Positions 44,998 through 55,696 of a DNA stretch of 64,000 nt are shown here, one piece after another. The first letter of the stretch is position 1; the number at the start of each line of letters is the position of its first letter. Location: contig DASYET010000028.1 of the NCBI GenBank assembly GCA_036498815.1, forward strand, positions 241 to 64,240. The letters are read 5' to 3'. Below the pieces are notes generated by a model. It worked only from the letters and a program-made list of their open reading frames with translations. It did no database searches and was not told where the DNA came from. The translations under genes were made by a program, and so were the position numbers. This DNA is from Bryobacteraceae bacterium. GTDB taxonomy: Bacteria > Acidobacteriota > Terriglobia > Bryobacterales > Bryobacteraceae.

Positions 44998-45717
44998 TTA
45001 CTTCTGGAGCTTGCGGCGAACCAGGCCGAGGCCCAGCAGCCCGATACCCAACATCGAGAAGGTCATCGGTTCGGGAACCGCGAAGCCTTCCGTGATCGAG
45101 GAGTTGTGTCCGGAAGCCGACGTCACCTGGATATCTTTCCACACATACACCAGCGCCTGAGAGCCGTACGCGACAGTGGAGGTCTGGTTGTCGTTCGCCG
45201 ACATCGGTCCGAAGACTGTGTCCGCGCCGCAATTGCCGGTCAGCGAATCAGGAGCGGTCGCGCCGACGCAAATCTTTTCGCCGACGTTGCTCGGTCCCGG
45301 GCCGCCGTTGAACAGCAGCGCGCCGAAGGTGGTGCCACCGATGCTGAAGGTCAAGTGAGCGTCCTGAACACTGTTCGGAGTGTTCTGGCCGTTCAAGCTG
45401 GGGTTGAAGGTCAGCGCCACGTACCCGTTGATGAGCGACTCGCCAACCAGCGTGATGTTCCAGCCGGACGGCGTTCCCGACACGGATGCCGTGTTGTAGG
45501 CGAAGTTGCTGAACTCCAAACCGTTGAACGTGCAATCGATCGACAGGTTGGTTACGGTGGAGGTCAGCTGCGAACCGAGCGAACCCGGATTCAGATCTGC
45601 ACCGTTGAGGCTGGCGCAGGTCGACGGGATTGCCATCGCACTTGCTGCCGTCAGAATTGCCGCTCCCACGAGTAGGAGCGCCTTGTTTGTTTTCATATTG
45701 TCAGTTTCCTCCGACAC
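44998..45717 (-). CDS. PEP-CTERM sorting-domain secreted protein
   Basis: Signal peptide (ALLLVGAAILTAASAMA), an N/T/S/G-rich body, and C-terminal VPEPMTFSMLGIGLLGLGLVRRKLQK. Confidence 0.85.
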   Translation of the reverse strand: MSEETDNMKTNKALLLVGAAILTAASAMAIPSTCASLNGADLNPGSLGSQLTSTVTNLSIDCTFNGLEFSNFAYNTASVSGTPSGWNITLVGESLINGYVALTFNPSLNGQNTPNSVQDAHLTFSIGGTTFGALLFNGGPGPSNVGEKICVGATAPDSLTGNCGADTVFGPMSANDNQTSTVAYGSQALVYVWKDIQVTSASGHNSSITEGFAVPEPMTFSMLGIGLLGLGLVRRKLQK

Positions 45718-45982
45718 TTAGTCTCTGCTAGCCTGCAGTGCACTAGCACCTTTGTAGTATACGTGCGGGTTTATCCTGGTGTCAATAGAAAATCGTGCTT
45801 TCGCCTTAGTGCTTTTCGGTTCGGGCGGAAGGGAGCGATCCCCCCACTATGTTATTGAAAATTTATACGACTTCCAGCCTCTGAATGGAACCGAAGAAGG
45901 GGTCGGTACTGGTACTTTCTAAGGTCTTCGCACTAATCCCTGAGTCCTATTTCTTGAGGCCCTGTACAATGGGACTATTCCC

Positions 45983-46867
45983 ATGTTCGAGCACTTATTG
46001 ACCGAACAGTCCCATCCTGGAAGTGGTACTTTGCATCGTCTTCCGACCCCCGAAATCCTGAATTTGATGAACGCCGCCGATGCCGAAGTAGCCGGTGCCG
46101 TCCGGCGCGAGATCCCGAAATTGGCCGCAGCGGTGGACGGCATAGCCGCCATCCTTAATAGAGGTGGTCATTTAGCATATATCGGTGCCGGCACCAGCGG
46201 GCGGTTGGGTGTCCTCGACGCCGCGGAGTGTCCTCCGACGTTCCATACCCCTCCGGACCTCGTCCAAGCTGTTATTGCCGGGGGCGATTCAGCCCTGCGC
46301 CGGGCCGTGGAGGGTGCGGAGGACGACATGGCCGCCGCGCCCCGCGACCTGGCCGCCATCGGCTTCTCTCGCTCCGACGTCCTGGCGGGGATTTCTGCCA
46401 GCGGACGTACTCCTTATGTTCTCTCTGCCATGGCATATGCCAAATCTCTGGGAGCTACCACCTGTGGGATCAGTTGCACGCAAGCATCCCCGCTCTCGGC
46501 CGCCGTGGATTACCCCATAGAACCCTGGGTCGGGCCCGAAGTCCTGACCGGCTCCACCCGGCTACGGGCGGGCACGGCTACCAAGCTCGTGCTCAACATG
46601 CTTAGTACCGCGGTTATGATCAGGCTTGGCTACGTCTATGGGAACCTGATGATAAACGTCCAGCCAACCAATGCGAAATTGGAGGATCGGGCGCGCCGTA
46701 TCATTCAGGAAGCGGCCGGAGTTTCCTTCGAGCGTGCGGCGGAGCTTCTCGAACTCGCCGGGCGCGACGTCCGGACCGCCATCGTAATGCACAAGAAGGG
46801 CGTGAGCCGGGAAGAGGCCGGGAAACTCTTAAAGGAAGCGCGCGGAAGACTCGGAGAAGTTCTCTAG
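45983..46867 (+). CDS. murQ: N-acetylmuramic acid 6-phosphate etherase
   Basis: SIS-domain motifs YIGAGTSGRLGVLDAAECPPTF, GISASGRTPYV and LTGSTRLRAGTATKLVLNMLST. Confidence 0.93.
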   Translation: MFEHLLTEQSHPGSGTLHRLPTPEILNLMNAADAEVAGAVRREIPKLAAAVDGIAAILNRGGHLAYIGAGTSGRLGVLDAAECPPTFHTPPDLVQAVIAGGDSALRRAVEGAEDDMAAAPRDLAAIGFSRSDVLAGISASGRTPYVLSAMAYAKSLGATTCGISCTQASPLSAAVDYPIEPWVGPEVLTGSTRLRAGTATKLVLNMLSTAVMIRLGYVYGNLMINVQPTNAKLEDRARRIIQEAAGVSFERAAELLELAGRDVRTAIVMHKKGVSREEAGKLLKEARGRLGEVL

Positions 46868-46901
46868 AAAGACGTTCTCCCCAGTGAGGTTCTTTAACTA
46901 A

Positions 46902-48173
46902 GTGGACAGATTCCTGATTCAAGGCGGCACGCCGCTGCACGGCTCCATTGAAGTAAGCGGATCGAAGAATTCGGCCTTGCCCGCGCTGGCCGCGTGCTTG
47001 TTGACGCCGGAGCTCGTCAAGCTGCACCGCATCCCCGAGGTGCGCGACATCCGGACCATGCTCGATCTCCTGCGCCACACCGGCGCGGACGTGAGGGTGG
47101 AAGGCGGCACGGTCACGGTTCGGGCCGCGGGCGAAGTCACGCCGGAGGCTCCGTACGAAGTGGTGAAGACCATGCGCGCTTCCAGCCTGGTGCTGGGACC
47201 ACTCGTTGCTCGTCACGGCCGCGCCCGCGTCTCGCTGCCGGGAGGATGCGCCATCGGCGCGCGTCCCATCAATCTGCACGTGAACGCGCTGGAGGAACTG
47301 GGCGCCGAGATTCGCCAGGAGCATGGCTACATTGAGGCGGTGGCTCCGAACGGGCTCTCGGGAGGACCCGTCAGCTTCGATCGCATCACCGTGACGGGCA
47401 CCGAGGATCTTCTGATGGCGGCCGTGCTCGCCCGCGGCGAAACGGTCATCGAAAACGCGGCCCGGGAACCGGAAGTGGTCGATCTGGCGGCGCTGCTCAC
47501 GAAAATGGGTGCGAAGATCGAGGGTGCGGGCACGTCCACCATTCGCGTGGAGGGCGTCACTTCGGTGGGAGGCGCCAACCACACCATCATCGCCGACCGC
47601 ATCGAAGCCGGAACGTTTCTGATCGCCGGCGCGATGACTCGCGGCGATCTTCTGGTCACTGCCTGTGAGCCTGCGCATCTGCGGGCTTTAATCGCCAAAC
47701 TGCATCAGGCGGGCGTCGAGGTGACGGAGGCCGGCCCCAATGCCTTGCGGGTGCGGGTTCCCGGCAAGATCACGAGCGTCGACATGACGACGGAGGAGTT
47801 CCCCGGCTTTCCCACCGATCTCCAAGCGCAGTTCCTGACCCTGATGACGGCGGCGGAAGGGATTTCGATCATCACGGAAACGATTTTTGAGAATCGCTTC
47901 ATGCACGCTCAGGAACTCGCACGGATGGGCGCGAACATTCGTCTGGATGGGCGGCGCGCGCTGGTGGCGGGAAACAACGCCGCGGGAAATCCTCTCTCCG
48001 GAGCCCAAGTCATCGCCAGCGATCTGCGCGCCAGTGCCTCCTTGGTGTTGGCTGGCATGGCCGCCAAAGGCGAAACCATTATCGACCGCGTGTATCACAT
48101 CGACCGTGGCTATGAGAAAATCGAGACGAAGTTGGCGGGCGCCGGAGCCCGTATAAAGAGAGTCACTCTATGA
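46902..48173 (+). CDS. murA: UDP-N-acetylglucosamine 1-carboxyvinyltransferase
   Basis: [25 protein letters not shown] (catalytic Cys) and [13 protein letters not shown] start. Confidence 0.97.
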   Translation: MDRFLIQGGTPLHGSIEVSGSKNSALPALAACLLTPELVKLHRIPEVRDIRTMLDLLRHTGADVRVEGGTVTVRAAGEVTPEAPYEVVKTMRASSLVLGPLVARHGRARVSLPGGCAIGARPINLHVNALEELGAEIRQEHGYIEAVAPNGLSGGPVSFDRITVTGTEDLLMAAVLARGETVIENAAREPEVVDLAALLTKMGAKIEGAGTSTIRVEGVTSVGGANHTIIADRIEAGTFLIAGAMTRGDLLVTACEPAHLRALIAKLHQAGVEVTEAGPNALRVRVPGKITSVDMTTEEFPGFPTDLQAQFLTLMTAAEGISIITETIFENRFMHAQELARMGANIRLDGRRALVAGNNAAGNPLSGAQVIASDLRASASLVLAGMAAKGETIIDRVYHIDRGYEKIETKLAGAGARIKRVTL

Positions 48174-48550
48174 GCACGCCGCACAAGAATCACGCGCCCG
48201 GCTTCCTGGCCGTGGTCAACGACGCAAAATCGCACGTCAAGCAAGTGAACATCGACGAGTATCAGAAGATGCCTCGCGACGGACACATCCTGATCGACGT
48301 CCGCGAGGACAAGGAATGGACCGAGGGCCACGCCGCCGGGGCGATTCATCTGGGCAAGGGCATTATCGAGCGCGATATCGAAAAAGAGATCCCGGACAAG
48401 ACGGCCATGGTGGTGCTGTACTGCGGAGGCGGTTTCCGTTCGGCCCTCGCGGCGGAGGCGATCCAAAAGATGGGCTACACCAACGCGATCTCGCTTGACG
48501 GCGGCTGGCGCGCCTGGAACTCAGCGGGCCTGCCCGTCGAGAAGCCGTAA
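48170..48550 (+). CDS. rhodanese-domain sulfurtransferase
   Basis: [14 protein letters not shown] and the active-site loop YCGGGFRS. The start overlaps the murA stop (ATGA). Confidence 0.9.
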   Translation: MSTPHKNHAPGFLAVVNDAKSHVKQVNIDEYQKMPRDGHILIDVREDKEWTEGHAAGAIHLGKGIIERDIEKEIPDKTAMVVLYCGGGFRSALAAEAIQKMGYTNAISLDGGWRAWNSAGLPVEKP

Positions 48551-48772
48551 CGCGCCCCAGCGTCACTCCCCACAAACAAAAATTATCTCCTGCACTTCCC
48601 GCGACTTCCCGCCTCGCGTCGCCTCCATGCCTTGCGCCGCCCCGCATAATGTGGCCAGAGTTCGGGTCTCTCATCGGATACCGGGCCACGAGGCGGAGGA
48701 GCTACCCGGGTGAACCCTCCGTGCTCGGAAAGATCGGTGAGCCTCGCCACTGAGTGACCGGTGGTGCCTTTA

Positions 48773-48816
48773 CCGCTTGAGGCTTTCAAGCGGCTGCGAG
48801 GGCGCCCTCATTTTTA
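48773..48816 (+). terminator. tandem hairpins plus T5 (candidate intrinsic terminator of a + strand transcript)
   Basis: Perfect 8-bp stem CCGCTTGA/TCAAGCGG (loop GGCTT), then the GAGGGCGCCCTC palindrome followed by ATTTTT. This is about 265 nt downstream of the rhodanese stop. Confidence 0.4.
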
Positions 48817-48837
48817 GGAAGCGTTGCCGAAGACCCT

Positions 48838-48871
48838 GGCCGCGGCGGAGCTATATCTGCTCCCCGCGGCC
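48838..48871. terminator. 13-bp GC-rich hairpin between convergent genes
   Basis: GGCCGCGG(C)GGAGC-TATATCT-GCTCCCCGCGGCC. It lies 16 nt downstream of the stop of the minus-strand gene 48887..49462. There is no U-tract. Confidence 0.45.
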
Positions 48872-48886
48872 AGCCGGTTCGCCGGG

Positions 48887-49462
48887 TTATTGGTTGATCA
48901 ACTCACCGGAAATGGTGACGTCGCAGTTGGAACCCGTCGGGGTCCCGTCGCCAGTGCCGATCGAAACCGAGGTGCCACCGCTCGCATAGATACGCGTCTG
49001 CTGATTGGTGATCAGCATGTACTGCGCCGGTTCATGCTCAATGGTGGGCGAGAAGCTATGCTGCGCGAACACCCCGTTCACGCTCGTGAAGACCCGGTAA
49101 TCCGTGAAGTATCCGGTCGCGGGCGGCTCCTGGCATTCGATGCTGACGTTTTCGACGATCAGCGTCTTGCCTCCCGGAACCGGAAAGTTGAAGAGCGGAA
49201 GGGCGCCGATCTGCGTGAACTGGAAAGGCTGAAGGGCGGTTTCCACCGGCACCGGAGTCGCGGTCGTGTTCCCCACTTTCACGGTCGGCGAGTTGGCCAC
49301 GTTGACGTTCGGCGTGTTGCCGACGGTAACGGGCAGCGGCAGCGGACCTCCGATCGTGACCGTGGGGTCCGCATGCGCGACGTTAGGCGTCATCCAGGAT
49401 CCAATCACTCCCAACGTGATCACTCCGGCCACGAGCATCCCCGATTTCTTTAGCTGTTGCAT
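48887..49462 (-). CDS. secreted hypothetical protein, beta-rich
   Basis: AAGGAG lies 7 nt upstream of the ATG at 49462 (M16 of the ORF). Signal sequence (MLVAGVITLGVIGSWMTPNVAHA). Short repeats PTVTIGG / VTVGNTPNVNV / PTVKVGNTT. A single Cys lies near the C-terminus. Confidence 0.7.
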   Translation of the reverse strand: MQQLKKSGMLVAGVITLGVIGSWMTPNVAHADPTVTIGGPLPLPVTVGNTPNVNVANSPTVKVGNTTATPVPVETALQPFQFTQIGALPLFNFPVPGGKTLIVENVSIECQEPPATGYFTDYRVFTSVNGVFAQHSFSPTIEHEPAQYMLITNQQTRIYASGGTSVSIGTGDGTPTGSNCDVTISGELINQ

Positions 49463-49600
49463 TATTTTTCTCCTTGATTTGTTTTTGCTAAGGGTTGAAG
49501 TCCCCAAGCATAGTGACGCAGTTGGGTATAGCGTTTCGTCCGGTGTGGCAAATTTCGGCGTGCCTCCTGTGCGGATGCCGCGGAAACGAGGGGAGTGTGG

Positions 49601-50896
49601 CTAGGAGCGCCGGCGCGTCTTCACGACCACGGGCGTCCCGTGAAAGCCGAACTTCTCGCGGAGGCGGTTGATGAGGTACCGCTCGCCCGAAAAGTGGAGT
49701 TCCTTCTTCGAATCCATGAAGGCGATGAAGGTCGGCGGGCGGATGGAGCTCTGCGTCAGGTACTTGATCTTCGGCGTGTACTCCCAGCGCAGAGTTTCGA
49801 TGAACCGGTTCAGCTCGCCCGTGCCGATTCTCTGCGACGCGGATTCGTACACTTTCTTGATCAGCGGAAACAGCTCACGCGTGCCCTGCCGCTTCCAGGC
49901 GGACATGAAGACCACCGGGGCGTAGTCGAGAAATTTCAGCTCGTCTTTGATCTGCTGGCGGAAGTTGCTCTTGTCGCGATCCTTCGCCAAGTCCCATTTA
50001 TTGACGCAGAGGATGATGGCGCGGCCTTCCTCGTGTGCGTAGCCCGCGATGGTGGCGTCGAGGGCCAGGATGCCTTCGGTCGCATCCAGCACCAGCAGCG
50101 CCACATGCGACATGCGTAAATGCCGGCGCGCCATGACGACGCTGAGTTTTTCCGCCATCAATTTGGTTTTGCCCTTGCGGCGGATACCGGCGGTGTCGAC
50201 AAACTCGTATTCGATGCCGCTGTCGATGATGGTTTCATCCACCGCATCGCGCGTGGTGCCCGCGATGGGGGAAACGATCGAGCGCTCCGCGCCGGCGAGC
50301 GCGTTCAGTAGGGTCGATTTGCCGACGTTCGGACGGCCCAGGATGGCAACCTTGATGGCGCGCGGTTCGTTCTCATCCTCCTCCCCTTTGGGTTCGGCCT
50401 CGGGGAAGCCTTCGGTCACGTGGGTGAGAAGAGTATCGAAGCCGATGCGGTGCTCCGCCGAAATGGGGAACAAATGTTTAAAACCGAGCGAGTGAAATTC
50501 GTGCAGCAGATCCTCACGCTTGGGGCTATCGATCTTGTTTACCGCGAGCGAGACGGGCTTGCCGAGCTTGCGCAGCATTGCGGCCAGATCCCGATCGGCG
50601 TTCGTGATTTCGGTGCGGCCGTCGATCAGGAAAATCACGTGGGAGGCGGTTTCGAGGGCGGTGCGGGCCTGTTTCAGAATCTGCGACGGGATCAATTCCG
50701 CGTCATCCGTGATGATGCCGCCGGTGTCGATCAGATCGAAGGGGCGGCCCAGGTACGTCGCGTCGCCCTGAATGCGGTCCCGCGTGATGCCGGGCTCATC
50801 GCCGACGATGGAGCGGCGCTGGCCGATGATCGCGTTAAAGAGAGTCGATTTGCCGACGTTGGGGCGGCCGACAATGACTACCGAAGGTTTTGACAC
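49601..50896 (-). CDS. der: ribosome-associated GTPase Der (EngA)
   Basis: Two tandem G domains ([16 protein letters not shown]; [20 protein letters not shown]) plus a KH-like C-terminus. Confidence 0.97.
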   Translation of the reverse strand: MSKPSVVIVGRPNVGKSTLFNAIIGQRRSIVGDEPGITRDRIQGDATYLGRPFDLIDTGGIITDDAELIPSQILKQARTALETASHVIFLIDGRTEITNADRDLAAMLRKLGKPVSLAVNKIDSPKREDLLHEFHSLGFKHLFPISAEHRIGFDTLLTHVTEGFPEAEPKGEEDENEPRAIKVAILGRPNVGKSTLLNALAGAERSIVSPIAGTTRDAVDETIIDSGIEYEFVDTAGIRRKGKTKLMAEKLSVVMARRHLRMSHVALLVLDATEGILALDATIAGYAHEEGRAIILCVNKWDLAKDRDKSNFRQQIKDELKFLDYAPVVFMSAWKRQGTRELFPLIKKVYESASQRIGTGELNRFIETLRWEYTPKIKYLTQSSIRPPTFIAFMDSKKELHFSGERYLINRLREKFGFHGTPVVVKTRRRS

Positions 50897-51052
50897 TATC
50901 CTTCATCATCGCACCCGCGCCAAGCGGGGCGGGGAAATCTCCGTGCGAATGGGGCGAATCCCCGCCTGGGACCTGCGAGTCCCCGCGCGGACCCGCCGAA
51001 TCCCCACGCTGACGCTGGGGGTTTAATCAATCCTTCACGTGCGCGTGCGACC

Positions 51053-52864
51053 ATGGAAGTTTACATGTCTGAAATTACAAGAAACATTCGCAACGTCGCG
51101 ATTATTGCTCACGTTGACCACGGCAAGACGACCCTGGTCGACGCCATGCTCCGTCAGAGCGGCATTTTCCGCCAGAACGAGGAGGTGGTGGAGCGCGTGA
51201 TGGACTCCAACGATCTGGAGCGCGAACGCGGCATCACCATTCTGGCAAAAGCCACCGGCATTCATTACGAAGGGTTGAAAATCAACATCGTCGATACGCC
51301 GGGCCACAGCGATTTCGGCGGCGAAGTGGAGCGCGCGCTCAAGATTGTCGACGGCGTCATGCTGCTGGTGGACGCCAGCGAAGGCCCTCTGCCGCAGACT
51401 CGCTACGTGCTGATGAAGGCGCTCGAAGCGGGACTAACGCCCGTGGTCGTGATCAATAAGATCGACCGCCCGGATGCACGGATTCAGGAAGTGCTGAACG
51501 AGGTCTACGATCTGTTCATCGATCTGGACGCGCGGGAAGACCAGCTCGGGTTTCCAGTGATCTATACGAATGCGAAGATTGGCGTCGCGAAGATGGATCC
51601 GGATGGGCCGGGCACGGATCTGCGGCCGCTGTTCGACGCGATCATCAAGCATGTTCCGCAGCCCACGGGCGATCCGGCCGCGGTGCTGCAAATGCTGGTG
51701 GCGAATCTGGATTACAGCGATTATCTAGGACGGCTGGCCATCGGGCGTGTGTTTGAAGGCACGCTGAAGCTGGGCGATGAGGTCGTCATCGCAAAGCTCG
51801 ACAAGAGTTTCCACAAGACCAAAATCACCAAGCTCTATTCCTTCGAAGGCTTGAAGCGTGTGGACGAAACGGTGGGCGTGCCGGGCGATATTCTGGCCAT
51901 CGCCGGCGTGGAAGGCATCACGATCGGCGAAACCGTGACCAGCGCTGAGACTCCGAAGCCGCTGCCGCATATCGCGATCGACGAGCCCACCATCGCGATG
52001 ACGTTCAGCATCAACACGTCGCCGTTTTCGGGCCGCGAGGGGCAGTACGTCACGTCGCGCAACCTGCGTGACCGGCTGGACAAAGAGCTTCTGACGAACG
52101 TCAGCATTCGCGTGGAGGAAGCGGGCGGTCCGGACGCGTTCAAAGTGATGGGCCGCGGCGAATTGCAGCTCGCGATTCTGATCGAGATGATGCGCCGCGA
52201 AGGATTTGAGCTTTCCGTCGGCAAGCCGGAGATTCTGACCAAGACCCTGGAAGGCAAGTTGAGTGAGCCTCTGGAACTGCTGGTGATCGACTGCCCGGAG
52301 GAGTTCATCGGCGTCGTCATCGAGAAGCTGGGGCGCCGCAAGGGCAAGATGGAGAAGATGATCAATCACGGCTCCGGCCGTGTGCGGCTGGAGTTCAAGA
52401 TTCCCTCGCGCGGCTTGATCGGGCTGCGCAGCGAAATGCTGACGGACACCAAGGGCACGGCGATCATGAATTCGCTGTTCCACGGTTTCATCGAATGGCA
52501 GGGCGACATTCCGACGCGGCCGACGGGATCGCTGGTTTCGGATCGTGCCGGTAAGACCACGGGGCACGCCCTGTTCAATTTACAGGAGCGCGGCGATATG
52601 TTCGTGGGCACGGGCGTCGAGGTTTACGAAGGCATGATCGTGGGCGAGAACGCGCGCGATTCGGACCTGAACGTGAACATCGTGAAAGAGAAAAAACTCA
52701 CCAACATGCGGGCGTCTTCGGCCGACGAAGCGATCCGCCTGGTGCCTCCGCGGCTGCTGAATCTGGAGCAGGCGCTCGAATTCGTCCGCGACGACGAATT
52801 GGTCGAAGTGACGCCGGTTTCCATCCGGTTGCGCAAGAAAGTGCTCAAAGCGAATCAACGTTGA
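51053..52864 (+). CDS. typA: translational GTPase TypA/BipA
   Basis: [31 protein letters not shown] and INKIDR, with EF-G-like domains. The ATG at 51065 is an alternative start. Confidence 0.97.
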   Translation: MEVYMSEITRNIRNVAIIAHVDHGKTTLVDAMLRQSGIFRQNEEVVERVMDSNDLERERGITILAKATGIHYEGLKINIVDTPGHSDFGGEVERALKIVDGVMLLVDASEGPLPQTRYVLMKALEAGLTPVVVINKIDRPDARIQEVLNEVYDLFIDLDAREDQLGFPVIYTNAKIGVAKMDPDGPGTDLRPLFDAIIKHVPQPTGDPAAVLQMLVANLDYSDYLGRLAIGRVFEGTLKLGDEVVIAKLDKSFHKTKITKLYSFEGLKRVDETVGVPGDILAIAGVEGITIGETVTSAETPKPLPHIAIDEPTIAMTFSINTSPFSGREGQYVTSRNLRDRLDKELLTNVSIRVEEAGGPDAFKVMGRGELQLAILIEMMRREGFELSVGKPEILTKTLEGKLSEPLELLVIDCPEEFIGVVIEKLGRRKGKMEKMINHGSGRVRLEFKIPSRGLIGLRSEMLTDTKGTAIMNSLFHGFIEWQGDIPTRPTGSLVSDRAGKTTGHALFNLQERGDMFVGTGVEVYEGMIVGENARDSDLNVNIVKEKKLTNMRASSADEAIRLVPPRLLNLEQALEFVRDDELVEVTPVSIRLRKKVLKANQR

Positions 52865-52992
52865 GGCTTTTTGTTTAAACTATAAATCTTCTCATATCAA
52901 TGAGATAGATAGAACAGCAGTACCGGTGTCGCTTTTCAAATGTAAAGTCGGCGTGCGATACTAAACGACGTTACTGCAGTCTTTATAGACAC

Positions 52993-54336
52993 ATGACACT
53001 GGTCGGCGAGGCAATCGCCCGTTATCACAAACTCATCGAAAGCGAGCCGTATATCGACCTCGCCTGGGCGCTGGAGTTGCAGGAGCGCAAAAGGGCGTTG
53101 CGGTTGGAAGGCGGACCTCTCTCGCCGGTGCTGCGTCCGCACTTCGTGACGAACCGCGATTACGCGGCTCTGGCGAAGGCTTCCGAGACGCTGCTCTCGG
53201 CGATGGAACGTATGCAGACGATGGCGCTTTCGAATCCGGCGCTGCTGGCTCGCATGCAACTGTTGCCGGCGGAGCGGATGCTTGCCGCGGCGGAGCCCGG
53301 GTATTCGCGCATCAGCGTGGCGGGTACGCTGCATGCACAGATGCTGGATGGGTCGGTGCGCTTCGGATCGCAGACGGCGGAGGCTCCGGCGGGCGTGGTG
53401 TATGGCGAGGCGCTGTCGGATCTGTTCTACGAAGCCCCGCCGGTGAAGGAATTCCGCAAGAAATTTAAGTTGAAGAAGATGGGCGGCGCGAAGCCGCTCC
53501 TTGCCGCGGTTTTGAAGGCGTATAAGGAATCGGGCGGCAAGCAGAAGAAGCCCAATATTGCGATCGTCGAGTTCCGCGCGCCGCATGCGTCGAGCGACAA
53601 CACTCTGCTGGCCGAGTTCTTCCGCAAGGAAGGCTTTCTGGCGGAGGTGGTTTCGCCGGACCAACTGGAGTATCGCAACAACGTCCTGCGCAAAGGCGAG
53701 TTCAACATCGACGTGGTGTTCCGCAGTGTGCGGTTGCAGGAATTTTTGGTGCGCTTCGATCTGAATCATCCGCTGGTGAGGGCCTATAAAGATCGCACCA
53801 TCTGCATGACGAACAGTTTCCGGGCGGAGATGGGGTCGAAGAAGGCCCTGTTCGATCTGCTGACCGACGATGCGCTGACGGCGAAATTTCCGGCGGCGGA
53901 GCGCAAGGCGATCAAGGATTTTATCCCCTGGACTCGTGTGGTGGCGGCGGCGAAGACCACGCACAAGGGCCACACGGTGGATCTGCCGGATTTTGTGATG
54001 AAGCATCGCACCAAGCTGGTACTGCGGCCGAACGACGATTCGGGCGAGGTGCATCCGGTGCGCGGGGCGGACGTCAACGATCTGGGCTGGGAAAACGCGC
54101 TGCGCCAGGCCATGCGGACTCCGTTCGTGGTGCAGGAAGTGATCGAGCCTTCGCGCGCGGTGTTCCCCATGCTGCAATACGGCAGCCTCATGATGAAAGA
54201 GATGATGGTGGACGTGCAGCCGCATGCTTTCCTGGGGTCGATCCACGGGTGCTCCAGCTGGCTGGAAGTGGCTGGCGCGACTTCGTTCTCGACACTGACG
54301 GGGTTGGCGCCAACCTTTATTCTCGAAGGCAAGTAA
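52993..54336 (+). CDS. ATP-grasp-fold-like protein (glutathionylspermidine-synthase / circularly permuted ATP-grasp-like), unknown substrate
   Basis: 447 aa. The C-terminal pattern LVLRPNDDSGEVH...PFVVQEVIEPS...VDVQPHAF...GLAPTFI resembles that of GspS-like/YgiC-type ligases (comparison from memory). Confidence 0.75.
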   Translation: MTLVGEAIARYHKLIESEPYIDLAWALELQERKRALRLEGGPLSPVLRPHFVTNRDYAALAKASETLLSAMERMQTMALSNPALLARMQLLPAERMLAAAEPGYSRISVAGTLHAQMLDGSVRFGSQTAEAPAGVVYGEALSDLFYEAPPVKEFRKKFKLKKMGGAKPLLAAVLKAYKESGGKQKKPNIAIVEFRAPHASSDNTLLAEFFRKEGFLAEVVSPDQLEYRNNVLRKGEFNIDVVFRSVRLQEFLVRFDLNHPLVRAYKDRTICMTNSFRAEMGSKKALFDLLTDDALTAKFPAAERKAIKDFIPWTRVVAAAKTTHKGHTVDLPDFVMKHRTKLVLRPNDDSGEVHPVRGADVNDLGWENALRQAMRTPFVVQEVIEPSRAVFPMLQYGSLMMKEMMVDVQPHAFLGSIHGCSSWLEVAGATSFSTLTGLAPTFILEGK

Positions 54337-54383
54337 AGCGTCCCTGCGCTTACGCTTGGGGCTGCGGCCGGCTTGGGGCTCCG

Positions 54384-55145
54384 CTAGTTGTCGTCAAATT
54401 TCAACTTGGTCTCGGCGGCGTACTTCTGATAGCGCAGGATTTCCGTTTCATTGCGCGACAAGCGACCCAGGATGCGCGCTTCCACCACGGCTCGGGCGGG
54501 GAGGTAGAACTTCTGGTCGGCGATGAGCACGGGGGCGTAGTCGAGCTGCGCGGACGCCATCTCGATCGGATGATCCGCGGGAAGCTCGGCCTGGATTTCG
54601 AGGCGCATCACTTGCGCGTTCTCGGCGTCGGCGAAGAGCAGCCCGTGGAAGCCCACCACTAAGCGGTCGTCCTTGCCAGTGAAGGCCAGCTGCGAGGCGT
54701 ACTGCGGGACTTCGAGCGAATAGACCGCCAGTTGGCGGCCGTCGCGCGTTTCCCAGCGGACAAATTCCCACGCGGTCTCGGCCTTAGGGCCGAACAGCGT
54801 GCCCGGCAGCGAGAAAAATTGCAGGATTCCATCGGAGCGGAAACCGGTGCGGAGCTCGGGGATCTTGGTGGGCTTGCCGTTGAACTGCGTCAGCTTCCAG
54901 GAGGGCTTGCGGTTGACGAAAGTAAACTCGGTCTCGATGGTATCGCGCTGCTTCCACTTCTTGCCCTTGCCGGAATCGTCTTCGCTGCGGGTGGTTTTTT
55001 GCGTGGAAATGAAATCGGGCAATTGCTTTTGCGCATCGAGGGCGATTTGTGTGACGCGGGCGAGCAGTTCCGGGCCGGGAGCAGGTTGCGCGAACACGCT
55101 CGACGCCGCCAGGAGCAGGACCGGAATGGTGAATCGCGGATGCAT
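54384..55145 (-). CDS. secreted hypothetical protein
   Basis: GGGAG lies 5 nt upstream of the ATG at 55145 (M10 of the ORF). Signal peptide (FTIPVLLLAASSVFAQP). The body is mixed beta-type. No motif recognised. Confidence 0.75.
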   Translation of the reverse strand: MHPRFTIPVLLLAASSVFAQPAPGPELLARVTQIALDAQKQLPDFISTQKTTRSEDDSGKGKKWKQRDTIETEFTFVNRKPSWKLTQFNGKPTKIPELRTGFRSDGILQFFSLPGTLFGPKAETAWEFVRWETRDGRQLAVYSLEVPQYASQLAFTGKDDRLVVGFHGLLFADAENAQVMRLEIQAELPADHPIEMASAQLDYAPVLIADQKFYLPARAVVEARILGRLSRNETEILRYQKYAAETKLKFDDN

Positions 55146-55231
55146 GGTCGCTCCCTTACGCGATCGTAGCATTTCCGGCGCTTCACATCCTGATATATTT
55201 CAATCATCTATTTCGAGCGAGGTGTGGACGG

Positions 55232-55696
55232 ATGCGAATGCACGCAGACCAGATCAAGGACTACCCCCAGTTTTCCCGCTTTGTGAGCACGGATCTTCCG
55301 AACGTGGCGAACGTCAAGTCCATTGTTTCGGCGATGGCGAAATGGTCCGGGGCATCGACGGATAAGATCGGGGAGGGCTTACGGTGGGGTTCCGGACCGT
55401 TCGCCATGGTGAAAGCACTGGTGCCGAAGCAGCAGGGAGGCCACGTGTCGACCCCCACCGGCGGCTACACTCTGGGTACGAATGAGATCGTCGTGTCGAT
55501 GCGGCATGTAGGGCTGTTTCAGACGGGTGACGACTGGCGGAAGGCCCAGGGTGGACAAGTGCATTTGGTCGCGGTAATCCTGCTGCATGAGTTGGTTCAC
55601 TGGGCGCGCGACAAGGCCGGTTTGACCGACGACCCTGACGTCGAAGTGGGCTTCGAATTCGAGAAGCAGATCTACGGCTGGGTCATCGACCGGTAG
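55232..55696 (+). CDS. small HExxH zincin-like putative metallopeptidase
   Basis: 154 aa with no signal peptide. There is a single HELVH motif in the context VAVILLHELVHWARDK, preceded by GGYTLGTNEIVV. A D/E-rich segment (DDPDVEVGFEFE) follows and could supply the third ligand. Confidence 0.65.
   Translation: MRMHADQIKDYPQFSRFVSTDLPNVANVKSIVSAMAKWSGASTDKIGEGLRWGSGPFAMVKALVPKQQGGHVSTPTGGYTLGTNEIVVSMRHVGLFQTGDDWRKAQGGQVHLVAVILLHELVHWARDKAGLTDDPDVEVGFEFEKQIYGWVIDR

Noticed and set aside
48689-48770. Possible cobalamin riboswitch (GGTGAA and GCCACTG words)
   Set aside because: The spacing between the two words is far too short for the P4-P6 region. No AGGGAA or B12-box context is present, and there is no downstream + strand gene to regulate.
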